From: Dickeya dadantii NCPPB 898
GTDB taxonomy: Bacteria; Pseudomonadota; Gammaproteobacteria; Enterobacterales; Enterobacteriaceae
Assembly (NCBI RefSeq): GCF_000406145.1
Contig: NZ_CM001976.1
Span: 3,323,206 to 3,355,205, forward strand
Direction of reading: 5' to 3'
Length of the DNA stretch: 32,000 nt
Both the position numbers and the translations under genes were made by a program. Under the pieces are notes generated by a model that did not search any database, was not told the DNA's origin, and saw only the letters and a program-made list of their open reading frames with translations. Of this stretch, positions 10,018 to 19,801 are shown in pieces (the first letter of the stretch is position 1; every line of letters starts with the position of its first letter).

Positions 10018-10050
10018 GCCAGCCTGTCGTTTAGCATCGGACAGGCTGGC
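10018..10050 (-). promoter_or_regulatory. stem-loop in the outM-outO spacer (no U-tract)
   Basis: GCCAGCCTGTC (10018-10028), 11-nt loop, GACAGGCTGGC (10040-10050). It starts 12 nt after the outM stop and shares its 10-mer arms with the 8923-8951 hairpin. Confidence 0.5.
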
Positions 10051-10061
10051 GGTCGCATCGG

Positions 10062-10550
10062 TTACAGCACCCGTTCCAGCGACAACCGGGTCACCTCCAC
10101 CATGCCGGCGCTGTTGGGAACCGCCGTGACATCCAACCCCTGGGTGATCACGCCGTTTTTCTGCTCCAGTTCAGCCAGCCAGTGCAGCAGGTTGTTGAAA
10201 TCGCTACGAGCCAACGTCACCGACACCTGCGACTCCTGCGGCTGCATACGCAGCACGGTGATGCCGTAGCGGGCCGCGCTTTGCGGCACCAACACCGTCA
10301 GGCTGATGTCCCGCCCGGCGATCTGCCGCCGTGCGCCTTCCGCCGGCGGCAAACGCGGCGCCTGTTGCTGCATCCAGCGCACGGTCTGACGTTCGCGGTC
10401 AATGGTCATCTGCCACTGTCGCGCCCGCTCCTGCCAGGGTGCCCAGCACAGATAATACAGCAGGCACAACAGTACCAGACCGCCGCACGCCAGCGTCATC
10501 ATCCGTTCGCGCTGGCTCATTATCTGCCAGCGGCGACGCAATTCATTCAT
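10062..10550 (-). CDS. gspM: T2SS inner-membrane platform protein OutM (GspM)
   Basis: 162 aa with a basic N-terminus, then a single TM (MMTLACGGLVLLCLLYYLCW). Position after gspL with a 4-nt overlap. Confidence 0.9.
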   Translation of the reverse strand: MNELRRRWQIMSQRERMMTLACGGLVLLCLLYYLCWAPWQERARQWQMTIDRERQTVRWMQQQAPRLPPAEGARRQIAGRDISLTVLVPQSAARYGITVLRMQPQESQVSVTLARSDFNNLLHWLAELEQKNGVITQGLDVTAVPNSAGMVEVTRLSLERVL

Positions 10551-11749
10551 GGCTGACTCCTCAGGATTAACTGGCCTTCCACATGGTCTTTTTCCTGCTT
10601 CATTTCACCTGGCGGGATCTGGAAATATGCCTGAGCCTGCTGGCGGAACTGCTCCATCTGCGCATAAGAGGTCGCTCGCAGGCTGAGACGCAGTTCATCG
10701 CGGCTGCGATCGTACGACAGCGACTGCAACGACACGCCGTCATTCTGCGCCACCAGTTGCTGCAACCGGTTCATCTGTTCCGTCAGCGCAAAGCCGCTCA
10801 TGCCGGAACGCGCTTCCTGCAAGTGACGTTGCATCTGCGCACGCGGGTTCACCACCTGCTTCTCGTCCGGGAACAGTTTGCGGTACATCCGCACGCTCTC
10901 CTGGCGCCAGTAATCCGCCTGACGATACAGCTGGTAATGGGTCCAGACAGACTCGCCCAGCACCAGCAGCAGCCAGGCGAACAAGGCGATCAGCACATTG
11001 CGCCACGGCAACACCGCCTGTTTCCAGGGTTTCACCGGCGCGTACTCGCCCTGACGCAGATCCATACTTATCGGCAGGCTGGCCTGCGCGGCCAGCGTCA
11101 GCAAATCCGTCACCGGCTGTGGCTGCCAGGTCAGCGCCGACGCGGGTACCGGACTATAGCAGTGCACCGCGGGCAACGGCTGAAACCCGGCCAGCAGCGA
11201 CTGATACCAGCTGTCTTCCGCCGCCATGCCGATGCCGCTATCTAACCGGAATAGCCACAGATTCTGATGACTGATGGCGCTCCAGGCGCTGTCGGTCCGC
11301 GGCAGCGCCATTACATCCGGCACCATCGTCTCTACCGGCACGCCCAGCGTCTCACACTGGTTCAACCATGACCGCAGCCGTGATTTCTGTACCACCGCAA
11401 CGGTCGCGTTATCCCCCTGCATTTCCATGACGGCAAAATGCAGTTGGTCAATATCGCTCGCCACCTGCTCTTCCAGCATGAAAGGAATGGCCTGCAGCAA
11501 TTGCCGGCGTGACTGACGCGGCAACGACAGGCTATGAAACGTGACGTCGGTCGACGGCACCAGCACCCGCACCGACATTACCGGATAATCCGCCAGCACC
11601 GTCTGAAGACGCTCCAGCGTTCCGCTGCCCTGCGTCAGGGTCTGGTGGCGGCTGACAGACCAGATCAGCCATTCCAGGCTGTCTGAAGTCTCTGCGGACA
11701 ACCGCAGAATCAGCTGTTGTTTGCCGCTGGCGTTCTCGGCCCTGTTCAT
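10547..11749 (-). CDS. gspL: T2SS inner-membrane platform protein OutL (GspL)
   Basis: 400 aa, bitopic (TM ..VLIALFAWLLLVLGESVW..). Size and operon position fit GspL. 4-nt overlaps on both sides. Confidence 0.9.
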   Translation of the reverse strand: MNRAENASGKQQLILRLSAETSDSLEWLIWSVSRHQTLTQGSGTLERLQTVLADYPVMSVRVLVPSTDVTFHSLSLPRQSRRQLLQAIPFMLEEQVASDIDQLHFAVMEMQGDNATVAVVQKSRLRSWLNQCETLGVPVETMVPDVMALPRTDSAWSAISHQNLWLFRLDSGIGMAAEDSWYQSLLAGFQPLPAVHCYSPVPASALTWQPQPVTDLLTLAAQASLPISMDLRQGEYAPVKPWKQAVLPWRNVLIALFAWLLLVLGESVWTHYQLYRQADYWRQESVRMYRKLFPDEKQVVNPRAQMQRHLQEARSGMSGFALTEQMNRLQQLVAQNDGVSLQSLSYDRSRDELRLSLRATSYAQMEQFRQQAQAYFQIPPGEMKQEKDHVEGQLILRSQP

Positions 11750-12795
11750 GGGTTCACCGTCCTATATCCCCCGTACTGACGTTGTACCACCTCAATCTGC
11801 TTGCCACGATGAAACAGACTGCGTTGATAGAATTCACTGTCGTCCACCCGTATCTGAATGTCGGCGAAGAACCAGTCGCTCTTGATCGCCAACACCTGGC
11901 GGACGCCGGTTTTCGCGTTTTCCGGCAGTGCCGACAGCCCCATAAAGTCATTAAGGTTGCGCCATCCCTGAGGCGGGCGCTGCTGTAAAACGCGCTCGGC
12001 CGCTTCCGCGCTCATCTCCCCCATGAACAGCGCCGACAGCAATGGCGCTCTCTCCGGCGTCAGGGTATTGACGTTGATCACCAGCTTATCCACCGGCAAC
12101 ACGCACACATAGGGCAGCAACCGGCGATACAACGCCGCATCCACACCCATTACCGCCCGCAGCTCCGTGACATCCGTCATCCGCTGATTGCCGGGGTGAA
12201 AGTTGACATAACTGTCATCTTCCGCACCGTTCATCAACGGTTCGCTATCTTCGTCGATCCAGTCGCGCACCGCATCCGTCACACGCTCGGCCTGTTTCGG
12301 GTCTTCTCCCAGCACCATCAGCAACTGCCGAAATACCTGAGCGGCGTAAGGCCCCTGTTCGGGGTTACCGCCTTTGGCAGGCGGGCTTTGATTGTTGGTG
12401 TCGGTATTACTGTTGCCGGCATTGCCGCTGGTATTGTTATTGCCGGGAGCCGGCTTTTTGGCCGGACTGAGTGCGTTAAGATTGAGACACGCCTGACCGT
12501 CCAGTACCTGCGCGCGAATTTCGCTGCCGTCCGCCATCATCTGATGATCCACCTTCGACCAGGGTTGGCCGATAAAGGTGCTTTCCGGCGACGCCTGAGC
12601 GTCACGCTGTAATACGCTGGAAATCAGCGCCTCCGCGCCCAACGCATACCAGCGAGCCTGCGTGCGGCTCAGCAGATTGCTGGTGCGTTGCCATGCCTTG
12701 CCGCTGCGCTCGGTAATAGACGCGGCAATGGTGACCATCAACGACAGCATCAGCATCACAATCAGCAGGGCGACGCCACGTTGCCGACGACTCAT
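11746..12795 (-). CDS. gspK: T2SS minor pseudopilin OutK (GspK)
   Basis: 349 aa with pseudopilin-like N-terminus MSRRQRGVALLIVMLMLSLMVTIAAS. Position fits GspK. Confidence 0.9.
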   Translation of the reverse strand: MSRRQRGVALLIVMLMLSLMVTIAASITERSGKAWQRTSNLLSRTQARWYALGAEALISSVLQRDAQASPESTFIGQPWSKVDHQMMADGSEIRAQVLDGQACLNLNALSPAKKPAPGNNNTSGNAGNSNTDTNNQSPPAKGGNPEQGPYAAQVFRQLLMVLGEDPKQAERVTDAVRDWIDEDSEPLMNGAEDDSYVNFHPGNQRMTDVTELRAVMGVDAALYRRLLPYVCVLPVDKLVINVNTLTPERAPLLSALFMGEMSAEAAERVLQQRPPQGWRNLNDFMGLSALPENAKTGVRQVLAIKSDWFFADIQIRVDDSEFYQRSLFHRGKQIEVVQRQYGGYRTVNP

Positions 12796-13532
12796 GAGTC
12801 ACCTCCGCCGTTGTCGTCCGGCGATGCCTGATTCTGCTGGGCAGACGAGTCGGTATTTTCCTGCGGCGGCTGCTCCTGATTGTTCTCGTCCTTGTTCTCA
12901 TCGCCATTGTTGCCATTCGGGCCGCCTTTGCGCGGCGCTTCCACATAGCGCGGCGTCACCAGAAACACGCGGGTAATCTCACCGTAGTCACGCAAGGTAA
13001 CGACGATCGCAATGCCCTGCGGCAGGTGGGCCGGGTCATCCCAGCGATCCAGCCAGCCATCCTTGCCGAAAAAGCGCAATACAAACCCGGTGACGCCGGT
13101 TAACACCGGACGTATCGCCGGCTCTTGTGTCGACAACGGCTCGGAAGAATCATAAAACAGCCGTTCCAGCGTATCGCCGCGCAACCGGTAGCCAACGCGT
13201 TGCAGCTCAGAGCGCGGCATAATGCCCAGTGGGTTGAGCCAACCGTTGCGGATAAAACTGACCGCCCAGTCGGCGCTGCTTAATTGATAGCGTTCGGCGT
13301 AAAACCCCAGCTCATAACCCTGACTACGACGGGGAACGATTTGTGAAAAATCCCGCTCCATCAGGGAAAAAGCCCGTTGTAACTCCGCCAGGCGGGCCTC
13401 TTTACGCGCCGAAGCCTCGTCGTTGCGCATCACGCCATTCATCACCTGCGAGGCGGCCAGGCTGAGCGCGGCGAAAATCGCCAGCGCCAGCATCACTTCC
13501 AGCAAGGTAAACCCGTGATTTGGCCGTTTCAC
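12792..13532 (-). CDS. gspJ: T2SS minor pseudopilin OutJ (GspJ) with low-complexity C-terminal tail
   Basis: Prepilin leader MKRPNHG/FTLLEVMLALAIF. 246 aa, of which the last 48 are an N/D/E/Q/G-rich tail. Confidence 0.9.
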   Translation of the reverse strand: MKRPNHGFTLLEVMLALAIFAALSLAASQVMNGVMRNDEASARKEARLAELQRAFSLMERDFSQIVPRRSQGYELGFYAERYQLSSADWAVSFIRNGWLNPLGIMPRSELQRVGYRLRGDTLERLFYDSSEPLSTQEPAIRPVLTGVTGFVLRFFGKDGWLDRWDDPAHLPQGIAIVVTLRDYGEITRVFLVTPRYVEAPRKGGPNGNNGDENKDENNQEQPPQENTDSSAQQNQASPDDNGGGDS

Positions 13533-13906
13533 TGCGCGGGTTCTCCCGGCTGAACCTGATAACTGCGCAATATGGCATCGGCAGCCCGGCTATCGCGCTC
13601 ATGACGAACTTCAACGTCTATCGCACGCACCTGTGTATCCGCCGTTGCCACCCCCTGAATACGCCAGAACCACACTGAACCGGCAAAATTGACTTCGCCG
13701 TCCACCCATTGGGTCTGCGGCCACTGTTTTTCCAGCCGCATTGCCGCCTGCTGGTTTTCCGCAATCCAGAGCGCAAACGTTTTCTCTTCCAGACGCCCCA
13801 GCCCGTTCGCCTGCTGTGCGGTCGTTTTCAGCACCGTCAGCCCGGCCAGCGCGAAAATCACCAACGCCACCATCACTTCGAGCAACGTCATTCCCTGCTG
13901 TTTCAT
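13529..13906 (-). CDS. gspI: T2SS minor pseudopilin OutI (GspI)
   Basis: MKQQG/MTLLEVMVALVIFALAG; 125 aa. Confidence 0.9.
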   Translation of the reverse strand: MKQQGMTLLEVMVALVIFALAGLTVLKTTAQQANGLGRLEEKTFALWIAENQQAAMRLEKQWPQTQWVDGEVNFAGSVWFWRIQGVATADTQVRAIDVEVRHERDSRAADAILRSYQVQPGEPAQ

Positions 13907-13909
13907 CCC

Positions 13910-14449
13910 TTACCGCTCCGCTTCCGGCGACGTTTGCACCCGGCCATTGGTATCCACCTGCAGCCAGGCGGAATCATTGCCATTACGCAACGTCAGACGA
14001 AATGGCGTCACTTCGCCGCCCGGCAGGATCAGAATGTGCGGGTCGCCATTGCCCGGCGAAAAACCCGCGCCATCCCCCGCGGCACCCACCTGCGTGGACA
14101 GTTCAATCTGGAAGCCATCCGGCAACTCGCTGGGCGAGGACATCCGGTACGGCTGCCAGGGTACCCAGACATAACGCAGACGCTGTTGATCATCCGGAGA
14201 ATTCTCCACCACCTGACGTTGCAGTAACGCGTATTGCCAGCGGCGAGGCTGAATATAAATACCCAGAATATGGTCATTCATCTGGCTGTCCTCCACTGCG
14301 TACTGCAACTGCGCCTTGAAGCGGGCGATTTGCCAGCCGCTGTCCTGCTGCTTAGGCGCAGGAATCGCCATCATCACCAGCGTGGCGGCCACACCGGCCA
14401 GCAGCACCACCAGCATGATCTCCAGCAGCGTAAATCCCCGCTGACGCAC
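13910..14449 (-). CDS. gspH: T2SS minor pseudopilin OutH (GspH)
   Basis: GTG start. MRQRG/FTLLEIMLVVLLAGVAA; 179 aa. Confidence 0.9.
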   Translation of the reverse strand: MRQRGFTLLEIMLVVLLAGVAATLVMMAIPAPKQQDSGWQIARFKAQLQYAVEDSQMNDHILGIYIQPRRWQYALLQRQVVENSPDDQQRLRYVWVPWQPYRMSSPSELPDGFQIELSTQVGAAGDGAGFSPGNGDPHILILPGGEVTPFRLTLRNGNDSAWLQVDTNGRVQTSPEAER

Positions 14450-14451
14450 AA

Positions 14452-14913
14452 TCAGGGGTTCCCGTTACCGTTACTGCCGTTGTTGTGCGCGCTGGTGCCG
14501 ACATTCCAGTTGCCGATGTCGTCATCGGTATCCGGCATGCCGTCCGGGCCGTAGGAGAACACATCAACCTTACCGTGACGGCCGGGGCTGACCAACTGGT
14601 ATTCCGCGCCCCACGGGTCCTGCGGCAAACGACGAATATAACCATCCTGTGGGTAGCTACGCGGCTCCGGCGGCGTGGTCGGTTTTTTCACCAGTGCCCC
14701 CAACCCTTGCTCAGTCGTCGGGTAGCGGCTATTGTCCAGCTTGTACATATCCAGCGCGCTCTCCAGCGCGACTATGTCGCTGATGGCTTTCTGCCTGTCG
14801 GCTTTTTCTTTGTTGCCCATCAGGTTCGGGACAACCAGACTGGCCAGTACGCCGAGAATGACGATGACCACCATGATTTCCAACAGGGTAAAACCTCGCT
14901 GACGTCGTTCCAT
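14452..14913 (-). CDS. gspG: T2SS major pseudopilin OutG (GspG)
   Basis: MERRQRG/FTLLEIMVVIVILGVLASLVVPNLMGNKEKADRQKA..DPWG..Y is canonical GspG. An extra C-terminal tail follows (..NVGTSAHNNGSNGNGNP). Confidence 0.95.
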   Translation of the reverse strand: MERRQRGFTLLEIMVVIVILGVLASLVVPNLMGNKEKADRQKAISDIVALESALDMYKLDNSRYPTTEQGLGALVKKPTTPPEPRSYPQDGYIRRLPQDPWGAEYQLVSPGRHGKVDVFSYGPDGMPDTDDDIGNWNVGTSAHNNGSNGNGNP

Positions 14914-14946
14914 CTTTTCGTTACCTCATTAACGTATCAATCTTCA

Positions 14947-16173
14947 CTACATACTCATCAGGGTATTCAACTGCAGAATCGGCTGGAGGATCGCCAGCAC
15001 GATAAACAGCACTATGCCGGCCATGCTGACGACCAGCAGCGGTTCGAACAACCCCAGCGCCAGCGTCATCTGGGCGCTGAACTCGCGATCCTGATTGTCC
15101 GCCGCGCGGGTCAGCATGCCATCCAGTTCGCCGCTGCGCTCACCGCTGGCGATCATGTGGCGCATCATCGGCGGAAACAGCGACGTCTGCTCCAGCGCCT
15201 TGTGCAGGCTCACGCCCTCACGTACCGCATCAGTCGCCTGCCCCAGCCGGAAGCGGGCATAATCGTTGGTCAACACATCGCCGCTGATACGCATCGCCTG
15301 CAACAGCGGCACGGCGCTGGAATTAAGAATGCTCAGGGTACGAGCGTAGCGGGCGGTGTTAAGCCCCCGCGCAATACGCCCGATCAAGGGAAGGAACAGC
15401 AAACGCCGATGGAAGACGAGGCGGTGTTTTTCCTGGCGCAGCAACACGCGAAACCCCATCACCGCCAGCACCAGCAATAACACCACCCACGGCCCGTAGG
15501 CTCTCACCGCATCACTGACGCCCATCAGCAGTCGGGTGGACAGCGGCAACGCCTGCTTCATATGAATAAACTGTTCGACCACCTTGGGCACAACGGCGGA
15601 CAGCAGGATAGACACCACCGAAATCGCCACCAGCGTCAACACGCAAGGATAAATCATCGCCTGTTGGATACGGCTGCGCATCTGCTGACGCTGTTCGGTG
15701 TAATCCGCCAGCCGGTTCAGCACCGCATCCAGATGGCCGGATGCTTCGCCCGCTGCCACCATGGCACAATACAGACGTTCGAAACTACCGGGGAAATTGC
15801 CCATCGCCTCGGCCAGCGAATGCCCTTCCACCACCTTGGCGCGCACCGCCGCCATCAGCGCGCTCAGCTTCGGCTTTTCGCTCTGTTTCGCCACGGCGTC
15901 CAGCGCTTCTTCCAGCGGCAATGCCGCCGCCACCAGCGTCGCCAGTTGGCGAGTCAGCAAAGCCAGATCGCTGGCGCTAATGCGATGCGAACGGCGCAAC
16001 GACAGGGAGAAACCGCTACGGGTCGTCACCTCGCCGCGCTGTTCCTCAATTTTGACCGGCACCAGTCCCTTTTCACGCAGCAACTGGCGCGCATGACGGG
16101 CAGAATCCGCTTCCTGCATGCCCTGGCTTTTCTTTCCCTGGGCGTTCAATGCCTGATACTGGAATAGCGCCAT
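14947..16173 (-). CDS. gspF: T2SS inner-membrane platform protein OutF (GspF)
   Basis: 408 aa with duplicated GspF domains and three hydrophobic spans. Confidence 0.93.
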   Translation of the reverse strand: MALFQYQALNAQGKKSQGMQEADSARHARQLLREKGLVPVKIEEQRGEVTTRSGFSLSLRRSHRISASDLALLTRQLATLVAAALPLEEALDAVAKQSEKPKLSALMAAVRAKVVEGHSLAEAMGNFPGSFERLYCAMVAAGEASGHLDAVLNRLADYTEQRQQMRSRIQQAMIYPCVLTLVAISVVSILLSAVVPKVVEQFIHMKQALPLSTRLLMGVSDAVRAYGPWVVLLLVLAVMGFRVLLRQEKHRLVFHRRLLFLPLIGRIARGLNTARYARTLSILNSSAVPLLQAMRISGDVLTNDYARFRLGQATDAVREGVSLHKALEQTSLFPPMMRHMIASGERSGELDGMLTRAADNQDREFSAQMTLALGLFEPLLVVSMAGIVLFIVLAILQPILQLNTLMSM

Positions 16174-16174
16174 G

Positions 16175-17671
16175 TCATTCCTCTTTTGTTACCCGCACCA
16201 CCTCTTCCCAGGTGGTGACGCCCGCCAGAACCTTATCCAGCCCATCCTGACGAATCGTGACCCGCTTGTCGCCCAGCATCCGGGCGATACCCAGTTCACT
16301 TTCGCCATGATGAATGGCGGTGCGCACCGTGTCGTCGATCAACAGTAGTTCATGGATGCCGGTACGGCCGCGATAACCGCTGTAGTTGCACTTTTCGCAG
16401 CCGCCGGGGTGGTAGAGCGTGGTCCCCGCCGCCAGACCGGTCTGCTGCGCCTGTTCGTCGTTGATAACATAAGGCTGACGGCAGGACGGGCACAGCGTAC
16501 GCACCAGCCGCTGGGCCAGTACGCCCAACAGCGATGTGGACAACAGGAACGGTTCGATACCCATATCCTGCAGACGGGACAACGCGCCCAGCGCGCTGTT
16601 GGTATGCAATGTGGACAACACCAGATGGCCGGTCAGCGACGCCTGAACCGCAATTTGCGCGGTTTCGCCGTCACGGATTTCCCCTACCAGCACCACGTCG
16701 GGGTCCTGACGCAGAATCGCGCGCAGCCCACGGGCGAAGGTCATGTCGACCTTAGGGTTGACCTGAGTCTGGCCGATGCCTTCCAGTTCGTACTCAATAG
16801 GGTCTTCCACCGTCATGATATTGCGTTCGGCGGAATTGAGACGGCTCAGCGCCGCATACAGGGTGGTACTTTTCCCCGAACCGGTGGGGCCAGTTACCAG
16901 AATGATGCCGTGCGGACGGTGGATTAGCGTATCCAGTTGGCGGCGGTTGTGCTCGGCCATCCCCAACGCTTCCAGATCCAGCCGGACGCTGTTCTTGTCG
17001 AGCAGACGCAACACCACGCGCTCACCGTAGTTGGACGGCAGCGTCGACACGCGCACGTCGATAGCGCGGCCGCCAATGCGCAGCGCCATGCGGCCATCCT
17101 GCGGGACACGTTTTTCGGCGATATCCAGCTTAGCCATCACCTTGATACGCGAAACCAGCAACGACGCCAGTTGACGCTGCGGCCGCAGGATTTCCCGCAG
17201 CACGCCATCGATACGAAACCGGATCAACAGATGGCGCTCAAAAGTTTCGATATGGATATCCGAAGCCTTGTGCTTGATGGCTTCGGTGAGCATGGCGTTA
17301 ATCAGCCGAATAATCGGAGCGTCATCTTCGCCATCCAGCAAATCGTCGCTGTCCGGCAGCTCTTCCGCCAGCGTGTAGAAATCGATATCGTTACCGATGT
17401 CCTCCATCAGGCGGCGCGCTTCTTCGGAGTCGCGCTGATAACGCATCACCAGTTGCCGCTCAAACTCTTCCGGACTGACCTGGCTTACCGCCAACGGCAC
17501 CCCGGCGACCCGGCGCGCTTCCAACAACGCCAGCGCCGGCGTATCGGGTACACAAACGACTTCCGCCACTGTCACTGATTCATCCTGCAACAACAGAATC
17601 TGCTGCGCACGGGCAAAAGAAAACGGCAGCACCGGTCGCAGTTCAGGCGTGTTGACGGGCTGATCGCTCAT
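16175..17671 (-). CDS. gspE: T2SS secretion ATPase OutE (GspE)
   Basis: Walker [13 protein letters not shown] and tetracysteine CPSC..CEKC motifs; 498 aa. Confidence 0.95.
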   Translation of the reverse strand: MSDQPVNTPELRPVLPFSFARAQQILLLQDESVTVAEVVCVPDTPALALLEARRVAGVPLAVSQVSPEEFERQLVMRYQRDSEEARRLMEDIGNDIDFYTLAEELPDSDDLLDGEDDAPIIRLINAMLTEAIKHKASDIHIETFERHLLIRFRIDGVLREILRPQRQLASLLVSRIKVMAKLDIAEKRVPQDGRMALRIGGRAIDVRVSTLPSNYGERVVLRLLDKNSVRLDLEALGMAEHNRRQLDTLIHRPHGIILVTGPTGSGKSTTLYAALSRLNSAERNIMTVEDPIEYELEGIGQTQVNPKVDMTFARGLRAILRQDPDVVLVGEIRDGETAQIAVQASLTGHLVLSTLHTNSALGALSRLQDMGIEPFLLSTSLLGVLAQRLVRTLCPSCRQPYVINDEQAQQTGLAAGTTLYHPGGCEKCNYSGYRGRTGIHELLLIDDTVRTAIHHGESELGIARMLGDKRVTIRQDGLDKVLAGVTTWEEVVRVTKEE

Positions 17672-19800
17672 CGCCCCTCCGGCTTATAAAAGTCGGAGAT
17701 GGACGACTGCACCTGACGGAAGGTGTACGTGTTGCCACCGGATAAACGCAGGGTGTTGTTATCCAGCACCCCATTGCCTTCGCCGCGCTGTTGCTGCTGT
17801 TCATTGTTGAAGGAACGGTATTTGTTGATCGACGCTTCCTGGAACTGCCCGGGGTCGCGAATAATGGTCGGACGCAGGAACAACATCAGGTTGCGTTTAC
17901 TCACCGTCTGGCTCTTCGAACGGAACAGGCTGCCCAGCCACGGAATGTCGCCCAACAGCGGTACTTTATTATTAGTTTCAACTGCCGATTTATCGAGCAG
18001 ACCGCCCACGACCACGGTTTCGCCATTGGTGACCATCACCGCATTGTTCACGGTACGGGTGTTGAAAGTCACGCCCAGTGAACTGTTGGTACTGCTATTG
18101 CTGTCCGCGACACTGGACACTTCCTGCTCAATTTGCAGCAACACCGAGTCGCCTTCGTTGATCTGCGGTTTTACCCGCAGTTTGATACCAACGGTCTTGC
18201 GTTCAACGGTATTGAAAATATTATCGGCCGACGTGGTCTGCGAACCGGTCAGAACCGGTACTTCCTGGCCCACATTGAAGGTCGCTTCCATGTTATCCAG
18301 CGTCACAATGCTCGGCGTCGCCAACACATCGTTTTTGCTGTCGCTGGACAACGCGGTCAGCAACATTGACCAGTTGCCGCGATAAAAACCGGCGGTAATA
18401 CCGTTGAAACTGCTGAGCGCACTGGCATACGCCGTCGTCAGCGTACCGTCGCTGCGGAACTGATCGGTTCCGATCACCGCCGTTGAAATCGGTATGCCCG
18501 TATTGGTGAATTGGGTCATGCCGGCGCGCTTGTTGGCCCACTGGATCCCCAGATTCAGCCCGTCGGCATCCTGAATTTCGGCAATGATCGCTTCCACCAG
18601 CACCTGCGGACGGCGAATATCCAGCTGATTGATCACCTGCTCCAGGTCGCGCATGATATCGGGCGGCGCGGTAATGATCAGCGAGTTGGTCTGATCATGG
18701 GCGCGAACCGTCACTTCTTTGCCCTGAATCGTGATAGTGCGACCACCTGAACTGCTGGTCGAACCAAATGCCGAGCCAAACCCCATACTGGAACTGGATG
18801 ACGACGACGAAGAACTGCCGGAAGAGCTGCCGGACGAACCGGAGCTGCTGTTGTTGTTTGAGCTACTGCCGGAACGGGGCGAGGACGACCGCGACGCATT
18901 CGACGACGACGAATTGCGATTGCCGCTGGTTCCGTTGCCGGCCAGCACTTCAATCAGGTCCAGCGCCTTGGCGTACTTGAGATAGATAACCTTGGTTCCG
19001 CCCTGCACCACCTGCTTGCGATCCAACTGGCGGATCATTTCCACCGCGCGCTGGCGGGCGTTTTCTTCCCCGCTCACCACCACTGAGTTGGTGCGGCCAT
19101 CCGCCACCACGTTAGCCAGCATAGTGCTTGGCAACGCGTTCTTTTCATCGCTCTTGTTAAGATCGTTCACCAGTTTGGCGACATCCTCCGCCGACGCATA
19201 GGTCAATGGGACGGTGACCATTTCACGATCGCCGGTCTTGTCCACCGTATTGACGATATCCACCAGCCGTTTGATCACGGCGGCACGCCCGGTCATCAGC
19301 AGGACGTTGGACGGTTCATAATGCACCACGGTGCCGGCGCCGGCGTTATCGTTGAGCTGACGCAGCAACGGAGCCAGATCGCGCGCCGCCACATTATTGA
19401 GCGGTACCACGCGGGTCACCAGCTCATCACCAATGCCCGGTTGTTCGTTATTGGCCAGCGGAATGGAGGACGATTTAGCATCTTTGGAACGAATGACTTT
19501 CAATACGCCGTTATCCATCGGCACTACCGAAAAGCCATACACATCCAGCACACTGAGGAAAAACTGGTAATACTGCCCTTCGTTCATCATGTCGTAACTG
19601 CGCACGCTGATGGTGCCGCGCACCGTCGGGTCAATAATCACCGTTTTGTTCAGGTTTTTACTGACTGTATTGATGAACTCCTGAATATCGGTTCCTTTGA
19701 AACTGGCTGAAAATTCGGCAGCCCAGCCACACGGCGAGCCAAGCAGGAGAACGGTTAGCCCCAGCCACCCCCAGCTTTTTTTGATCCCTTTGCCAAGCAC
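17668..19800 (-). CDS. gspD: T2SS outer-membrane secretin OutD (GspD)
   Basis: Secretin core (..[43 protein letters not shown]..). I prefer GTG 19800 (GGGGAG RBS 9 nt upstream, signal peptide (M)[29 protein letters not shown]) over the track start at 19848, which would overlap outC by 47 nt. Confidence 0.93.
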   Translation of the reverse strand: MLGKGIKKSWGWLGLTVLLLGSPCGWAAEFSASFKGTDIQEFINTVSKNLNKTVIIDPTVRGTISVRSYDMMNEGQYYQFFLSVLDVYGFSVVPMDNGVLKVIRSKDAKSSSIPLANNEQPGIGDELVTRVVPLNNVAARDLAPLLRQLNDNAGAGTVVHYEPSNVLLMTGRAAVIKRLVDIVNTVDKTGDREMVTVPLTYASAEDVAKLVNDLNKSDEKNALPSTMLANVVADGRTNSVVVSGEENARQRAVEMIRQLDRKQVVQGGTKVIYLKYAKALDLIEVLAGNGTSGNRNSSSSNASRSSSPRSGSSSNNNSSSGSSGSSSGSSSSSSSSSSMGFGSAFGSTSSSGGRTITIQGKEVTVRAHDQTNSLIITAPPDIMRDLEQVINQLDIRRPQVLVEAIIAEIQDADGLNLGIQWANKRAGMTQFTNTGIPISTAVIGTDQFRSDGTLTTAYASALSSFNGITAGFYRGNWSMLLTALSSDSKNDVLATPSIVTLDNMEATFNVGQEVPVLTGSQTTSADNIFNTVERKTVGIKLRVKPQINEGDSVLLQIEQEVSSVADSNSSTNSSLGVTFNTRTVNNAVMVTNGETVVVGGLLDKSAVETNNKVPLLGDIPWLGSLFRSKSQTVSKRNLMLFLRPTIIRDPGQFQEASINKYRSFNNEQQQQRGEGNGVLDNNTLRLSGGNTYTFRQVQSSISDFYKPEGR

Positions 19801-19801
19801 G

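Noticed and set aside
14485-15480. 331-aa + strand ORF antisense to outG/outF. Similar long antisense ORFs occur at 10583-11245, 13689-14319, 15562-16167, 16352-16927 and 16937-17578.
   Set aside because: They lie entirely inside well-supported T2SS genes on the other strand. Their R/H/Q/A-rich composition is typical of antisense frames in G+C-rich DNA, and they lack RBSs.
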